Source: a virus (taxonomy: Duplodnaviria > Caudoviricetes). From it: a DNA stretch of 53,694 bases. Shown piece by piece: positions 19,195 to 28,933 of the stretch (its first letter is position 1; each line of letters begins with the position of its first letter). Where the stretch lies: IMG/VR virus record IMGVR_UViG_3300026382_000022, positions 1-53,694 of that record; one strand, given 5' to 3'. Below the pieces are notes generated by a model, which worked only from the letters and a program-made list of their open reading frames with translations, was not told the origin of the DNA and made no database searches. The translations under genes and the position numbers were made by a program.

Positions 19195-20730
19195 TTACTT
19201 ACTAAGCAGTTGTTTTTGATATTCTAAATGATTATAACTTTTAGCTATACTATTAAAAATATCTATACGCTCTCTATTCACATCTAAATGGTTAGGTATA
19301 TCTTTACAATAAAAATAATAGTATCTCATCTCTTTACCTTTGAGATTTCTAAGCCTACCAATATTTTGCTTATTAGCTTGTATAGATTTTAAAGATACTG
19401 TTTGTAACACAGTTATAAGATTAGGTAAATCATAAGCTGTACCAGAAGAGAAGTGTGTTGATACTGTTATATCTGCTTCCATAATATTTTCATATGGATC
19501 ATCTTCTACATATCTATTAACTACTAAATTAGGATATAAATTTCTTATTTTATTAGTTAATAAAGTAGCCATATTTACACTAGCGACAAATATTAAACAT
19601 TTATCTTTTTCAACTCTACGTTTGATATAACCTTCTTTTAAATAATGTAATACCATTTCTATATAACTATGTAATAGTCTAGATCTTCTTAACATAGAAC
19701 TTTCAAACAGGTTATGATTATACCCTTGTGGTCTCTTATATTGTATAATTTTAGTATTAGAAATACTATATCTAACAGCATATACATTTATATACTTATC
19801 AATCTCTACAAGATTTGATATTCTAGCATCACCAGGGAACATTAAATCATACATTCGTTTTAAAGACTTATCTTTAGTTACTAATGTAGCAGTTAACCCT
19901 ATGAATTGTTTACCATCTAAAAATAACATAGATCTAAATATACTATGAAATTGTTGATGTGTTTCATCATTAACTATAGTACCCACACCTAATATTCTTG
20001 TTAAATCCATAGGTGTAATAGGGTATTTATAATCGTTCCTATAATTTTGTTCATAATCTTTAATGAAATTATACATAGTATTAGTAGTTAAAATAATAAA
20101 TTTATAAGGTAAATCTTCTACGCCAACTTCTTCTACTTCATCCAGAATCTTTAAAACTTTACTACTACCTTGTAATACAGCTATTTCATCTAATGTAGTA
20201 TCAGTCACTTCAGTTATCTCTTCTACCCATTTATCTACATATCTAGGTAAAATTAAAATAAGTGTACGTCTATTCATTTCCACCATAGCATGTATAGATA
20301 AAATACCTTTACCTTTACCAGTAGCTAAATCTACTAACTTATATTTTTTATTATCATTTTTAACAAGTATGTCATTACCTTGTTGCTGATAATCTCTAAG
20401 TTTTATATCAGGAGAAAACTCAGCATCTAAAGGCATAATTGGATAATCTCTATCTAGAGTAATATTTATATCCTCTCTAGTTATACCTTTATATGCTAAA
20501 GTTAGCATAAAATCTTTTAACATATTAATATTGAAATGATAAGTATCATCATGATTAATATGTGCTAAATAGACTTTATCTATTCTCTTCTGCATTTTTT
20601 TAATTCTAGGATTATAATCCCATCTATGTGTTGTTAACTTAAAAGTAGCTATATCTATACACGATGTAGCTAAACTGCTGTATGTCTTAACTATAAAATA
20701 CATATTTCTAACTGTTATAGCTACATGCAT
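19195..20730 (-). CDS. SF2 (DExH) helicase, phiKZ gp75-like
   Basis: LRDYQ, TGKGK, DETH, GLTAT and Q.IGRLR motifs; follows RNAP beta' as in phiKZ. Confidence 0.85.
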   Translation of the reverse strand: MHVAITVRNMYFIVKTYSSLATSCIDIATFKLTTHRWDYNPRIKKMQKRIDKVYLAHINHDDTYHFNINMLKDFMLTLAYKGITREDINITLDRDYPIMPLDAEFSPDIKLRDYQQQGNDILVKNDNKKYKLVDLATGKGKGILSIHAMVEMNRRTLILILPRYVDKWVEEITEVTDTTLDEIAVLQGSSKVLKILDEVEEVGVEDLPYKFIILTTNTMYNFIKDYEQNYRNDYKYPITPMDLTRILGVGTIVNDETHQQFHSIFRSMLFLDGKQFIGLTATLVTKDKSLKRMYDLMFPGDARISNLVEIDKYINVYAVRYSISNTKIIQYKRPQGYNHNLFESSMLRRSRLLHSYIEMVLHYLKEGYIKRRVEKDKCLIFVASVNMATLLTNKIRNLYPNLVVNRYVEDDPYENIMEADITVSTHFSSGTAYDLPNLITVLQTVSLKSIQANKQNIGRLRNLKGKEMRYYYFYCKDIPNHLDVNRERIDIFNSIAKSYNHLEYQKQLLSK

Positions 20731-20743
20731 ATTTGCTCCTTTG

Positions 20744-22780
20744 TTATTTTATAATTTCAGTACTTGTTAGACTACCATAGTAATCTAAAATAGTTTCGTT
20801 AGGCTTCACTAAAGTATCTAATAAGTGATCACTTCTCTTTTGATCAGAAAATGATCTAGGGTCAGCAATTTGTTTTGGTACTCTTTGGTAAGCATATCCT
20901 GAACCTAAACTTCTATTAGAGACAACATCCATAATACCAGCCATTTGTGGATTATCACAAAATCTACCTAATCTATAATCTCTTTCTTTTAAAGACACCA
21001 CTGTAAACGCATAGACTATAACTTCAATAACTGCTATATTAACTTCTAGTTTACTATTAACAGTATCGAATATTTTTTGTAATAAAGACTCTCTAGTCTC
21101 TATACTATATTCACCTTTTACAGTCTTTACAGATTTTAACATAGACTTAACTTGACTAGCTAAAACTATATAACTAAATTCTATTTGTGGTAGTTTTAAT
21201 ATAGGTAAATTAGACTTCCATTTATTTAGATTTATCACATATCTATCACGAGCATCTAAAGTATATCCTACTTGTACTATGTATTCTAGAAATTTATATG
21301 TGAACGAACCTTTTTTACTTCCATCTTTAACTACTATAGGATAATATTCAGTTTTACCATTTTTTTCTATAGATAAAATGAATGACTCTATTCTAGATAT
21401 TCTAGCTGGATCAAACTTTAGCATGTTTTTACCAGAAATTATATCTTTTAAACCAAATGCATTGGACTGTGATACTATTAAATTTATATTAACATCTTTA
21501 TTAATAATACCTTTTTTAAATGCATACCCATCGTTATCTTTAATGATGAAAAACTTATCAGCAGTGGCGTCTAAAGAGATGGTAGTAGAAGTAGCGGTAC
21601 CTGTTAAGTGTTTAGTAGATAAAATACTTTGTGTGAATTTTTGTGTTAATGTAGCTGCTGATATGTGACCTATGTTAGTATGTTCATGTATACTATAAAA
21701 TAATTCACCATAACAAGCTTTACATATTTTGTGTTTATTGTTATGTTTACAATGTAACACACTTCTAATTAAAATAGTTTTACCTATAAGATGTGTATCT
21801 GTAGATTTTATAAACCCACATTCCTCACTTTTAGGCATTTTATAATATTTACCAACTAAGTTATTTAAATCACTTTTACCAGAAACATTCTCCTCACCAG
21901 ATCTAACATACCATTCTAAATATTCTGTGTTACCACAATCACAGTCATCTACCTGTTCTACCTCCATACAAACTAATTGTAACTCTCTAGCAAAATATTC
22001 GCTATCCTGAATTGCTTTATCTGCTAGAAATAGTGCCTTAGCTGCTGATCTAGATTCAGCGCTAATATCATACATACTATTCATACCTAATGTAAATGAA
22101 GTAGCTAATGGTTTCTTAAAAATACTACCATCCATCTCAGAAACATAACCTCTAGATGCTAAAACTTGTTTAGCCTGGTTAGCATTAATCTGTCCAGAAA
22201 TATAACTTCTAGCTAATGGTGATGATTTTATTCTCTCATCACTATACATTATTTTATCTAAAATTTTATATGACTCTTCTATACTATCAGGAGTTTCTTC
22301 ATTAGATACTTTCTGCATAGCTTTTATTAATTCAGGATCTAATTGTATTTCCAAAAGATCTAAGATATTCATAGATGATGAAAAGTTCAAATTATAATAA
22401 ACAACTTCATTATAAATTAAATTTAATATCTGATACATTCTTTCATAAAGCTGATCTCTGAATGATAAATTATTACCAGGTATTAAAATATTTTGTATCA
22501 TATCTTTAAATATGACTTCAAATACTTTATTAATACTTTTAGATGTGAATATATTATTACTGTAATAATTAGAAATATTATATTCAGATTTAATGGGTAA
22601 CTCTGGTATTAATAAAATTAATTCCCACAAATATCTATTCATTATCATCTCTGATGATTTTACTTCACATACTTTATTATCCTCGAATAATATGTGATTA
22701 GTACTTCTATAACCACGTAACATCTCTAGTCTATCTATACCCATAAATTCTCTTACTGGTATCGCTTTTATTTTACCCAT
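20744..22780 (-). CDS. Non-virion RNA polymerase beta' subunit (C-terminal part), phiKZ gp74-like
   Basis: Q...RG, ESRSA.KAL, SEYFARELQL, DCG, RS...C...ICKACYG and TQSILSTKH motifs. Confidence 0.9.
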   Translation of the reverse strand: MGKIKAIPVREFMGIDRLEMLRGYRSTNHILFEDNKVCEVKSSEMIMNRYLWELILLIPELPIKSEYNISNYYSNNIFTSKSINKVFEVIFKDMIQNILIPGNNLSFRDQLYERMYQILNLIYNEVVYYNLNFSSSMNILDLLEIQLDPELIKAMQKVSNEETPDSIEESYKILDKIMYSDERIKSSPLARSYISGQINANQAKQVLASRGYVSEMDGSIFKKPLATSFTLGMNSMYDISAESRSAAKALFLADKAIQDSEYFARELQLVCMEVEQVDDCDCGNTEYLEWYVRSGEENVSGKSDLNNLVGKYYKMPKSEECGFIKSTDTHLIGKTILIRSVLHCKHNNKHKICKACYGELFYSIHEHTNIGHISAATLTQKFTQSILSTKHLTGTATSTTISLDATADKFFIIKDNDGYAFKKGIINKDVNINLIVSQSNAFGLKDIISGKNMLKFDPARISRIESFILSIEKNGKTEYYPIVVKDGSKKGSFTYKFLEYIVQVGYTLDARDRYVINLNKWKSNLPILKLPQIEFSYIVLASQVKSMLKSVKTVKGEYSIETRESLLQKIFDTVNSKLEVNIAVIEVIVYAFTVVSLKERDYRLGRFCDNPQMAGIMDVVSNRSLGSGYAYQRVPKQIADPRSFSDQKRSDHLLDTLVKPNETILDYYGSLTSTEIIK

Positions 22781-22853
22781 TACATACTCCTGCTCATAGT
22801 CAAATTCATTTAATATACGTATGTATAATTTTAATACACGGCATATCTCTATA

Positions 22854-22876
22854 TTAGTGATATATGGTTATAAAAT
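22854..22876 (-). promoter_or_regulatory. Early (virion-RNAP type) promoter motif
   Basis: Minus strand ATTTTATAACCATATATCACTAA upstream of the beta' gene; resembles phiKZ early consensus TATATTAC. Confidence 0.7.
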
Positions 22877-22933
22877 ACTCCAAACTAAAATTTTAAATAG
22901 TTTATTGAATTTAACTTTTTTAAGGAGTCTACC

Positions 22934-23557
22934 ATGCACGATAATAAAATAATTATAGACTCTATCAAAAATACTATAAATGATATATCATACGATAAAA
23001 AACGGCTTAATAAAATAATTGAGTCCATAAATAAAGGTGATGTGACTATAGATATAAATGATAGATTAATAAATAATTTAAATAATTTAGAAATTGAAGA
23101 TAGTGTTATAGAAACAGCATTTGAATACTTAACACTAATATTAAGTAATTTAGAATCACAAAAAATAAATAATACTAAAAATGTTACTAACGAAATGATC
23201 GTTATATTAACACATGTGCTTAATGGTGTTAGAAATTTAGAATACTGTGCATTACAACTAACTAATGAAATAGAAGAACATAAAATTAAACTATTAGAGT
23301 ATAAAGAAAAAAATAGTGTAGCTATAAAAGAACCATCTGTTGATAGTACAAAAAAAGAAAATAATAAATCTGATATGCTTAAATCTTTTTTACCTAATAA
23401 TAAGGTTTCTAATATAGTAGTATGGCTTATGGGTTTTATATTGTTTTTAGTTATTTTATTTAAAATTGATAATATAGCTACTTCTAAAAGTTTAGAATCA
23501 ACTTCCGAATTATTACATAATATTAAAGGAAAAGAAAATGTTACAAAAAATAGATAA
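22934..23557 (+). CDS. Coiled-coil protein with C-terminal TM helix, first gene of two-component module
   Basis: AAGGAG RBS; helical N-part; TM 'IVVWLMGFILFLVILF'; overlaps the response regulator gene. Confidence 0.65.
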   Translation: MHDNKIIIDSIKNTINDISYDKKRLNKIIESINKGDVTIDINDRLINNLNNLEIEDSVIETAFEYLTLILSNLESQKINNTKNVTNEMIVILTHVLNGVRNLEYCALQLTNEIEEHKIKLLEYKEKNSVAIKEPSVDSTKKENNKSDMLKSFLPNNKVSNIVVWLMGFILFLVILFKIDNIATSKSLESTSELLHNIKGKENVTKNR

Positions 23558-24104
23558 TATCGTATATAAATATCTAGATAAAGAGTATTTAGATACTATA
23601 GAAGGTTTAGATATAGATTATGATCCATCTAAACCTACCATAGTTATAGCTGATGATTTTTCATCTATAATTTCATTATTTAAAAAACTAATGAAAAGAG
23701 CTAAACTAATAGATAAATTTAATATTATTTATCTAGAAGGTACATTAGCTCCAGTTATTTTATTAAAAACATTATTAAAATATCCTGAAATTAAAATAGA
23801 TATTATAATAACTGATATAACGTTTGGGCTAATGGGTATTGATAAAGATAAGCATAAAAAATTTATAGATGGTATCTTTATAACTAAAATACTAAAAGAA
23901 TATAATGATGATATGGTGTATCTATTTGTAACAGGTCACATCATTAATAAAAGCTCTACTCATGAATATTACGATGAATATAAAGAATTTTCTAACGATG
24001 AACTTTTAGACCATGTAGTTTATAAAGATACACCAATTTCTACTAATCTTTCTTTAATAGAAAACTTATTTAAAGGAACAGAGTTTGAAAAATATATTAA
24101 ATAA
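23538..24104 (+). CDS. Single-domain response regulator (receiver domain)
   Basis: IVIADD acidic pocket, IDIIITDI phospho-Asp, 'DG', FVTG and VYK motifs; no output domain. Confidence 0.85.
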   Translation: MLQKIDNIVYKYLDKEYLDTIEGLDIDYDPSKPTIVIADDFSSIISLFKKLMKRAKLIDKFNIIYLEGTLAPVILLKTLLKYPEIKIDIIITDITFGLMGIDKDKHKKFIDGIFITKILKEYNDDMVYLFVTGHIINKSSTHEYYDEYKEFSNDELLDHVVYKDTPISTNLSLIENLFKGTEFEKYIK

Positions 24105-25425
24105 AATAAAATTTAAAAATCTAGAAAATTGGATAAAAGCATTTAAGATAACTTTCATGTATGCTAATATATTACTTATTCTGATCATTATAACTAACGG
24201 TATGCTCATGTACACTACTGATAAATTAATTTCTAAAACTGTCATATCTGCTATAGATACTTTTTATAGTATAAATGATGAAAAAATTAAAAATAATTTA
24301 TTAGACACATATTTAAAAGATCTTGGTGATACATTTTACATATTATATAAAGATGATAAAGTGGTAAAAAGCAATATAAGTAGTGATCTTTACTATAGTG
24401 AACATACAGATGATCATATTAAAAAATGTATATTTGTTAATAACGATATATATTTAAAAACAAGAACTAAAGATATGGTGCTGTATGTACCAATAGTTTC
24501 TATTAATAAAGATCATTTTATAATAATGATAATATTTTATTTTCTTTTTATAATTTTAATTACTGCAATGTTAAATAAGTTAGTTTTTAAAGAAAGAAAT
24601 AGTTATTTAGAAGCTATAACATCTAAAGAAAGAGAATTACATAGAGAGATATTAACTAACATAGCTCTTAATATTAATCATGAAATGAATAGTCCCTTAT
24701 TAGTAATAAGAAGCATTTTTGATGAAATAAGATATGTGTTACATGAAGAACTTAATAAAAAGAAACAATGTCCGTATAATGACAATGAATGCGTTAGTGA
24801 TTTTGTAGAAGTAATAAATGATGTTTTAAATGATATTGACTTAGGTGAAGATAGTTTAGAATCTATATACAGTATCATAAGACCTTTAGGTGATTATAAG
24901 AGTATCGAATATAGTAATGGTAATAAGAACTTCTATATGCTAATACAATCTGCCATAAATATGATTAAATATAATAAATCTTATTTAATAAATGATATAG
25001 CTATAGATGAAACATTAGAAAAATATTCTTTATACCATGATAATGGTATGACTAATGGAACATTCTTAACTATGGTTATCAACCATATAAAAAATAGTTT
25101 AGAAGCTAATGCTGACAAACTTAAATTCTATATACAAAAAATAGATGAAAAATATATTTATTTAGCTATAGAAGATAATGGTAACGGTATACCAAAAAAA
25201 ATAGTTAAAGATATATTTAATGTTAACATAACCAGTAAAGCTGATATTAGTAAATACGAACGAGGTGTTGGTATGTATATTAATAAAATTTTACTTAAAG
25301 AAAAATATGATGGTGATGTTTGGGTTGAATATACTGAAACTAATAAAGGAACTATATTTATATTAAAAATTAGATATGAACCTTTTAAATACTACAATGA
25401 TGGTGTAAACCATATTAAAAAATAA
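24085..25425 (+). CDS. Membrane sensor histidine kinase
   Basis: Two TM helices flanking an ~100-aa extracytoplasmic region; H-box NHEMNSPL, N-box NHIKNSLEA, G1 IEDNGNGI, F-box IFN, G2 GVGMYI. Confidence 0.92.
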   Translation: MKNILNKIKFKNLENWIKAFKITFMYANILLILIIITNGMLMYTTDKLISKTVISAIDTFYSINDEKIKNNLLDTYLKDLGDTFYILYKDDKVVKSNISSDLYYSEHTDDHIKKCIFVNNDIYLKTRTKDMVLYVPIVSINKDHFIIMIIFYFLFIILITAMLNKLVFKERNSYLEAITSKERELHREILTNIALNINHEMNSPLLVIRSIFDEIRYVLHEELNKKKQCPYNDNECVSDFVEVINDVLNDIDLGEDSLESIYSIIRPLGDYKSIEYSNGNKNFYMLIQSAINMIKYNKSYLINDIAIDETLEKYSLYHDNGMTNGTFLTMVINHIKNSLEANADKLKFYIQKIDEKYIYLAIEDNGNGIPKKIVKDIFNVNITSKADISKYERGVGMYINKILLKEKYDGDVWVEYTETNKGTIFILKIRYEPFKYYNDGVNHIKK

Positions 25426-25427
25426 CA

Positions 25428-25459
25428 TATACTAAGTAGCATATTAGCTACTTAGTATA
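25428..25459. terminator. Inverted repeat, probable bidirectional terminator
   Basis: TATACTAAGTAGC-atatta-GCTACTTAGTATA between convergent kinase and RNAP beta genes. Confidence 0.7.
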
Positions 25460-25464
25460 GTTAA

Positions 25465-27606
25465 TTAATCTTCTTTACTGTATACTATTTCAATACCAGA
25501 GGCATTGAAAATACTTTCTACTAACTTAAGACCAACATCACCACCATAAGGTAGTTTATTCCTATCAATAATAGTATCTATATTAGTAGGAGTATCTGAT
25601 CTAAGTATCGTGTTATAGATAGTCTCATGTGTTTTAGGACTACTAGCTCTATCTTTAAGTTCAGCAATAGCTTTACGACCACCATAGGCAGCTATTAACC
25701 TAACCTCAGTTTCACCAAGAACCCTAGTAGCACTATTTTTATAGTTTATATTTGGTCTATCGAATTTAGATACACCAACTGGTAACCCGTAATGGTTTGC
25801 TTTAGCTGATGCTGCTGATAAAAAGTTATCTGCATTTTTAGATAAACATATCATATACAATGGTGCTATCAGTATATCCTCTAGAGAAGTTTTAACTGTA
25901 CCATCAATATTAAATAGTAATTTACCTATCTTAGGTGCATAGATACTATTGTGTATTTCTGTAACAATACTATAAGCCTTTTTCTCATTAGATACTTTAT
26001 AATAGATATAGAATTCTTTTTCTATAATCTCTAAAAGTATAGTTCTTTTAACTTCTAATGAATTAACCGCAGAATAAGCTTCATATTGTTCATTACCAAT
26101 AATTCTTAATAAACCTAGAATATGGTCGAATAAAGTATTAATAGTATTATCATTAGCATTTTCTACTAATTCAATATTACTAATATTATCTTTATTATTA
26201 CCAATTAATGTTGTTTTAACATGGTGTTGTATTTCTCTAGAAGTTGCTGAGAAATATTGTATATATAATTTAGCTAAGTTCATACGACCAATAGTAGATG
26301 TACTATCTGCTATAATATCTGCTCTATTACCATATTCATCTATAGGCATCTGATCATCTGGTAATATACTAACAATAACACCTTTACCACCATTAAGACA
26401 ACTTAATTTAAGTCCTTTCTTACCTTTAATAACATGTTCCACAACAAATGTTACACGGAAAAGATCTAATTCTTGCTTCTTAAAAGTTTTCTTTAGCTTA
26501 ACTCCTTCTTTATTAACCATAGCATATGCCTCTACCATAAGTCTTGAAAGTTTTTCACTTGTAGGTAATTGCCAGTTACGAACTCTGTGATAATGTTCTT
26601 TCTGAACTTTTTCATAAACGTCTATCAATTTTTCATAATAGTTGATTAAACTTTTATTATATTTCTCAGCTATCTCATTAACACCTGTGTATATAGATTT
26701 TTTAAATCTATCGTTAGTATGTACTATTATGTCTACTACTTTACCTTTAGGATGTTTAGTATAGAAAGGTTTATCAAACACACTATCATATTCTAGAACA
26801 TCTTTCTTAGATATAAGTGCTGGTGCTAGTTCTGTATTATATTTTCTTAAAGCTATAATAACACCATCTTCATTAACATACTCACCTATCTCTGGAAATG
26901 GTTTATAATTATCCTCATCACCATATAAGTTTAAAGGAAAACTATCTGAACCATATTCAATAGTTATCGTTTCAAATGTTTTATGTTCTAGCTTTTCAGC
27001 ATATGATTCGGATATAACAAAACCATCTTCAGCAACCTCAGGCATAGTCATTAAAGCCAAGTTAGCATTTAATCCAAACCCGAATCCGTTATTTTCTTTA
27101 ACTGATGGTGAAGTAGCTAATACAGTTCCTGCTGGGATTACATAACCAGGTACTAATGATTCTAATAGTTCATAATTCCATTTATATTTAAAACCATAAT
27201 TTTGATGTATATTAAATTTATATGGTACTGAATAATAATCTATCTCCCCTGTAATTAAATCTTCATAAACTATAACTATTTCAGCTATAGCGTTAACTTC
27301 ATCAGCAGAAATACCACTATATCTATCTATAACAGCGATCACTCTAGAATCATGCTCAGCTTTAACATTCCATACATTATCAGCTAGTTGTCTCTCTAAC
27401 CCAGTTTGTACTATTGGTTCTTCACCATGCTCTAGTGTTACTGTTTGTGATAAATGTGCTGCCATCATAACATTTCTAGATGCACTATTATAATTAGTAA
27501 ATGGGTTAATAGCATGTATAGATAATAACTCCTCTTGTACTGGTAATCCTTCTAACTCTTTTTCTCTATCGAAAATATTTCCTGTCACTGGTATATTATA
27601 ACTCAT
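25465..27606 (-). CDS. Non-virion RNA polymerase beta subunit (C-terminal part), phiKZ gp71-73-like
   Basis: NPF...NSASR..M...HLSQ, EDGFVISES, KL....GGKGV, P.DE.GNRADII, RMN and RVLGETE motifs. Confidence 0.92.
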   Translation of the reverse strand: MSYNIPVTGNIFDREKELEGLPVQEELLSIHAINPFTNYNSASRNVMMAAHLSQTVTLEHGEEPIVQTGLERQLADNVWNVKAEHDSRVIAVIDRYSGISADEVNAIAEIVIVYEDLITGEIDYYSVPYKFNIHQNYGFKYKWNYELLESLVPGYVIPAGTVLATSPSVKENNGFGFGLNANLALMTMPEVAEDGFVISESYAEKLEHKTFETITIEYGSDSFPLNLYGDEDNYKPFPEIGEYVNEDGVIIALRKYNTELAPALISKKDVLEYDSVFDKPFYTKHPKGKVVDIIVHTNDRFKKSIYTGVNEIAEKYNKSLINYYEKLIDVYEKVQKEHYHRVRNWQLPTSEKLSRLMVEAYAMVNKEGVKLKKTFKKQELDLFRVTFVVEHVIKGKKGLKLSCLNGGKGVIVSILPDDQMPIDEYGNRADIIADSTSTIGRMNLAKLYIQYFSATSREIQHHVKTTLIGNNKDNISNIELVENANDNTINTLFDHILGLLRIIGNEQYEAYSAVNSLEVKRTILLEIIEKEFYIYYKVSNEKKAYSIVTEIHNSIYAPKIGKLLFNIDGTVKTSLEDILIAPLYMICLSKNADNFLSAASAKANHYGLPVGVSKFDRPNINYKNSATRVLGETEVRLIAAYGGRKAIAELKDRASSPKTHETIYNTILRSDTPTNIDTIIDRNKLPYGGDVGLKLVESIFNASGIEIVYSKED

Positions 27607-27919
27607 GTTTCATTTCCTCTAATTTTGATATTATTAACAATGCTAAATCATCTATAGTTTTTTCACTATATTTCCTAATTACTTTATTAGTGTTACCATA
27701 CGGGTTGTTAGACTCATTTCCCAGTAATAGTAAATCTTTGTTACCATAATGTACATTCACATACCTATAGTTACCTCCTGTTATTTTGTAATTAAACATT
27801 TCATTACCTAATGTTTTTGAATAATGTTGATTAAGATATTCAACTACATCAATAGCCTGTGTTACTAATAGTTCCCAATATGGTGATTCTATTACTCTTT
27901 GTTCCTCTGGTGACCACAT
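27596..27919 (-). CDS. Hypothetical protein
   Basis: 107-aa ORF with AAGGA RBS, downstream of an early promoter motif. Confidence 0.6.
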   Translation of the reverse strand: MWSPEEQRVIESPYWELLVTQAIDVVEYLNQHYSKTLGNEMFNYKITGGNYRYVNVHYGNKDLLLLGNESNNPYGNTNKVIRKYSEKTIDDLALLIISKLEEMKHEL

Positions 27920-27985
27920 ATAATTTCCTTTTTTTAAAATTTAATTTAATGTATGAATAGTGAACATTATTCCCATCATATTAAT

Positions 27986-28008
27986 TAAGTGATATATGTT
28001 TATATTTT
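27986..28008 (-). promoter_or_regulatory. Early promoter motif
   Basis: Minus strand AAAATATAAACATATATCACTTA upstream of the operon containing RNAP beta. Confidence 0.65.
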
Positions 28009-28029
28009 CACCCAAATTAAAGGACCAAC

Positions 28030-28341
28030 ATGATAACTGATATGATTAAGAATAATGAAATAAATAAAAAACTTATAAGTGATTGGTATAACTCTATAGA
28101 TGTAATATTACATAATAGTGATATTAAGACAATCAATATACCAGGTAACATTGGTGATAAATATAAAGGTGATCTATATGGGTTATTTTTAGAATTAGGT
28201 ATAGCTCCAGAATATATTTATCCACATATTTTAGCTAATGGATATGTTAATAGTCAAGATTATAATGGTAAAAAATTAGATATGGTTATTTTAGATAATA
28301 TGGTATTAAAAAATTATTTAAATTATTTTAAATCTGAATAA
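28030..28341 (+). CDS. Hypothetical protein resembling a conserved small phiKZ-like phage protein
   Basis: AAGGA RBS; KY.GD.YGL..ELGI......I..NG..N..DY.G pattern recalled from jumbo phages. Confidence 0.55.
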   Translation: MITDMIKNNEINKKLISDWYNSIDVILHNSDIKTINIPGNIGDKYKGDLYGLFLELGIAPEYIYPHILANGYVNSQDYNGKKLDMVILDNMVLKNYLNYFKSE

Positions 28342-28342
28342 C

Positions 28343-28376
28343 AACACTAGTAGAACTTATAAGTTCTACTAGTGTT
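28343..28376. terminator. Perfect 34-bp palindrome between convergent genes
   Basis: AACACTAGTAGAACTTA|TAAGTTCTACTAGTGTT. Confidence 0.7.
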
Positions 28377-28875
28377 AACTACGTCTATCAAATTCTTGTT
28401 TCTTATACCACTTTGCTTTTTCAGAAGATAATTTTTTACTAATATAAATCATAAGATCATCTTTAGTTTCATAATCTTTTAAATTAGCTATAGCAAAAAC
28501 ACACTGATCTATTTCATCAATATTTGGTTTATCTTTAGTAAATATAGCAAACTCATCACCGCCTATACGAAAATAATCACCCTTAGGAAATTGTTTTTTA
28601 ATTTCATTGGCTACATTAATTATTAGTTTATCGCCAGCAGTATAACCAAATTTATTATTTGTATAATGTAATCTATTAATATCAACTATAGTTAAATAGA
28701 TATCTTCAGTACTATTGTTATAATCTATAAATGCTAATTCATAATCTCTTCTTAATAACAATCCTGTTAATAAGTCATATTTATAAATTTCTAGTTGTTT
28801 TTCTAAATAATTTATTTTCTTTTTTAATAAGCTATTCTCTTCTGTGAGTAACGTGGACATATTAGTGATCTTCAT
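28375..28875 (-). CDS. GGDEF-domain protein (putative diguanylate cyclase) with N-terminal coiled coil
   Basis: DLLTGL, D.N.L...N..FG..AGD and RIGGDEF motifs; likely start MKITN with AGGA RBS. Confidence 0.88.
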   Translation of the reverse strand: MKITNMSTLLTEENSLLKKKINYLEKQLEIYKYDLLTGLLLRRDYELAFIDYNNSTEDIYLTIVDINRLHYTNNKFGYTAGDKLIINVANEIKKQFPKGDYFRIGGDEFAIFTKDKPNIDEIDQCVFAIANLKDYETKDDLMIYISKKLSSEKAKWYKKQEFDRRS

Positions 28876-28933
28876 TTTTATTCCTAGTTTGTATATATTC
28901 AATTAATTTAATGTTAAAAAAAAAAGGATACTT

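Noticed and set aside
20744-27606. Introns or inteins in RNAP subunit genes (also checked terminase)
   Set aside because: ORFs are continuous and of expected length, with no C...HN intein ends or embedded endonuclease.
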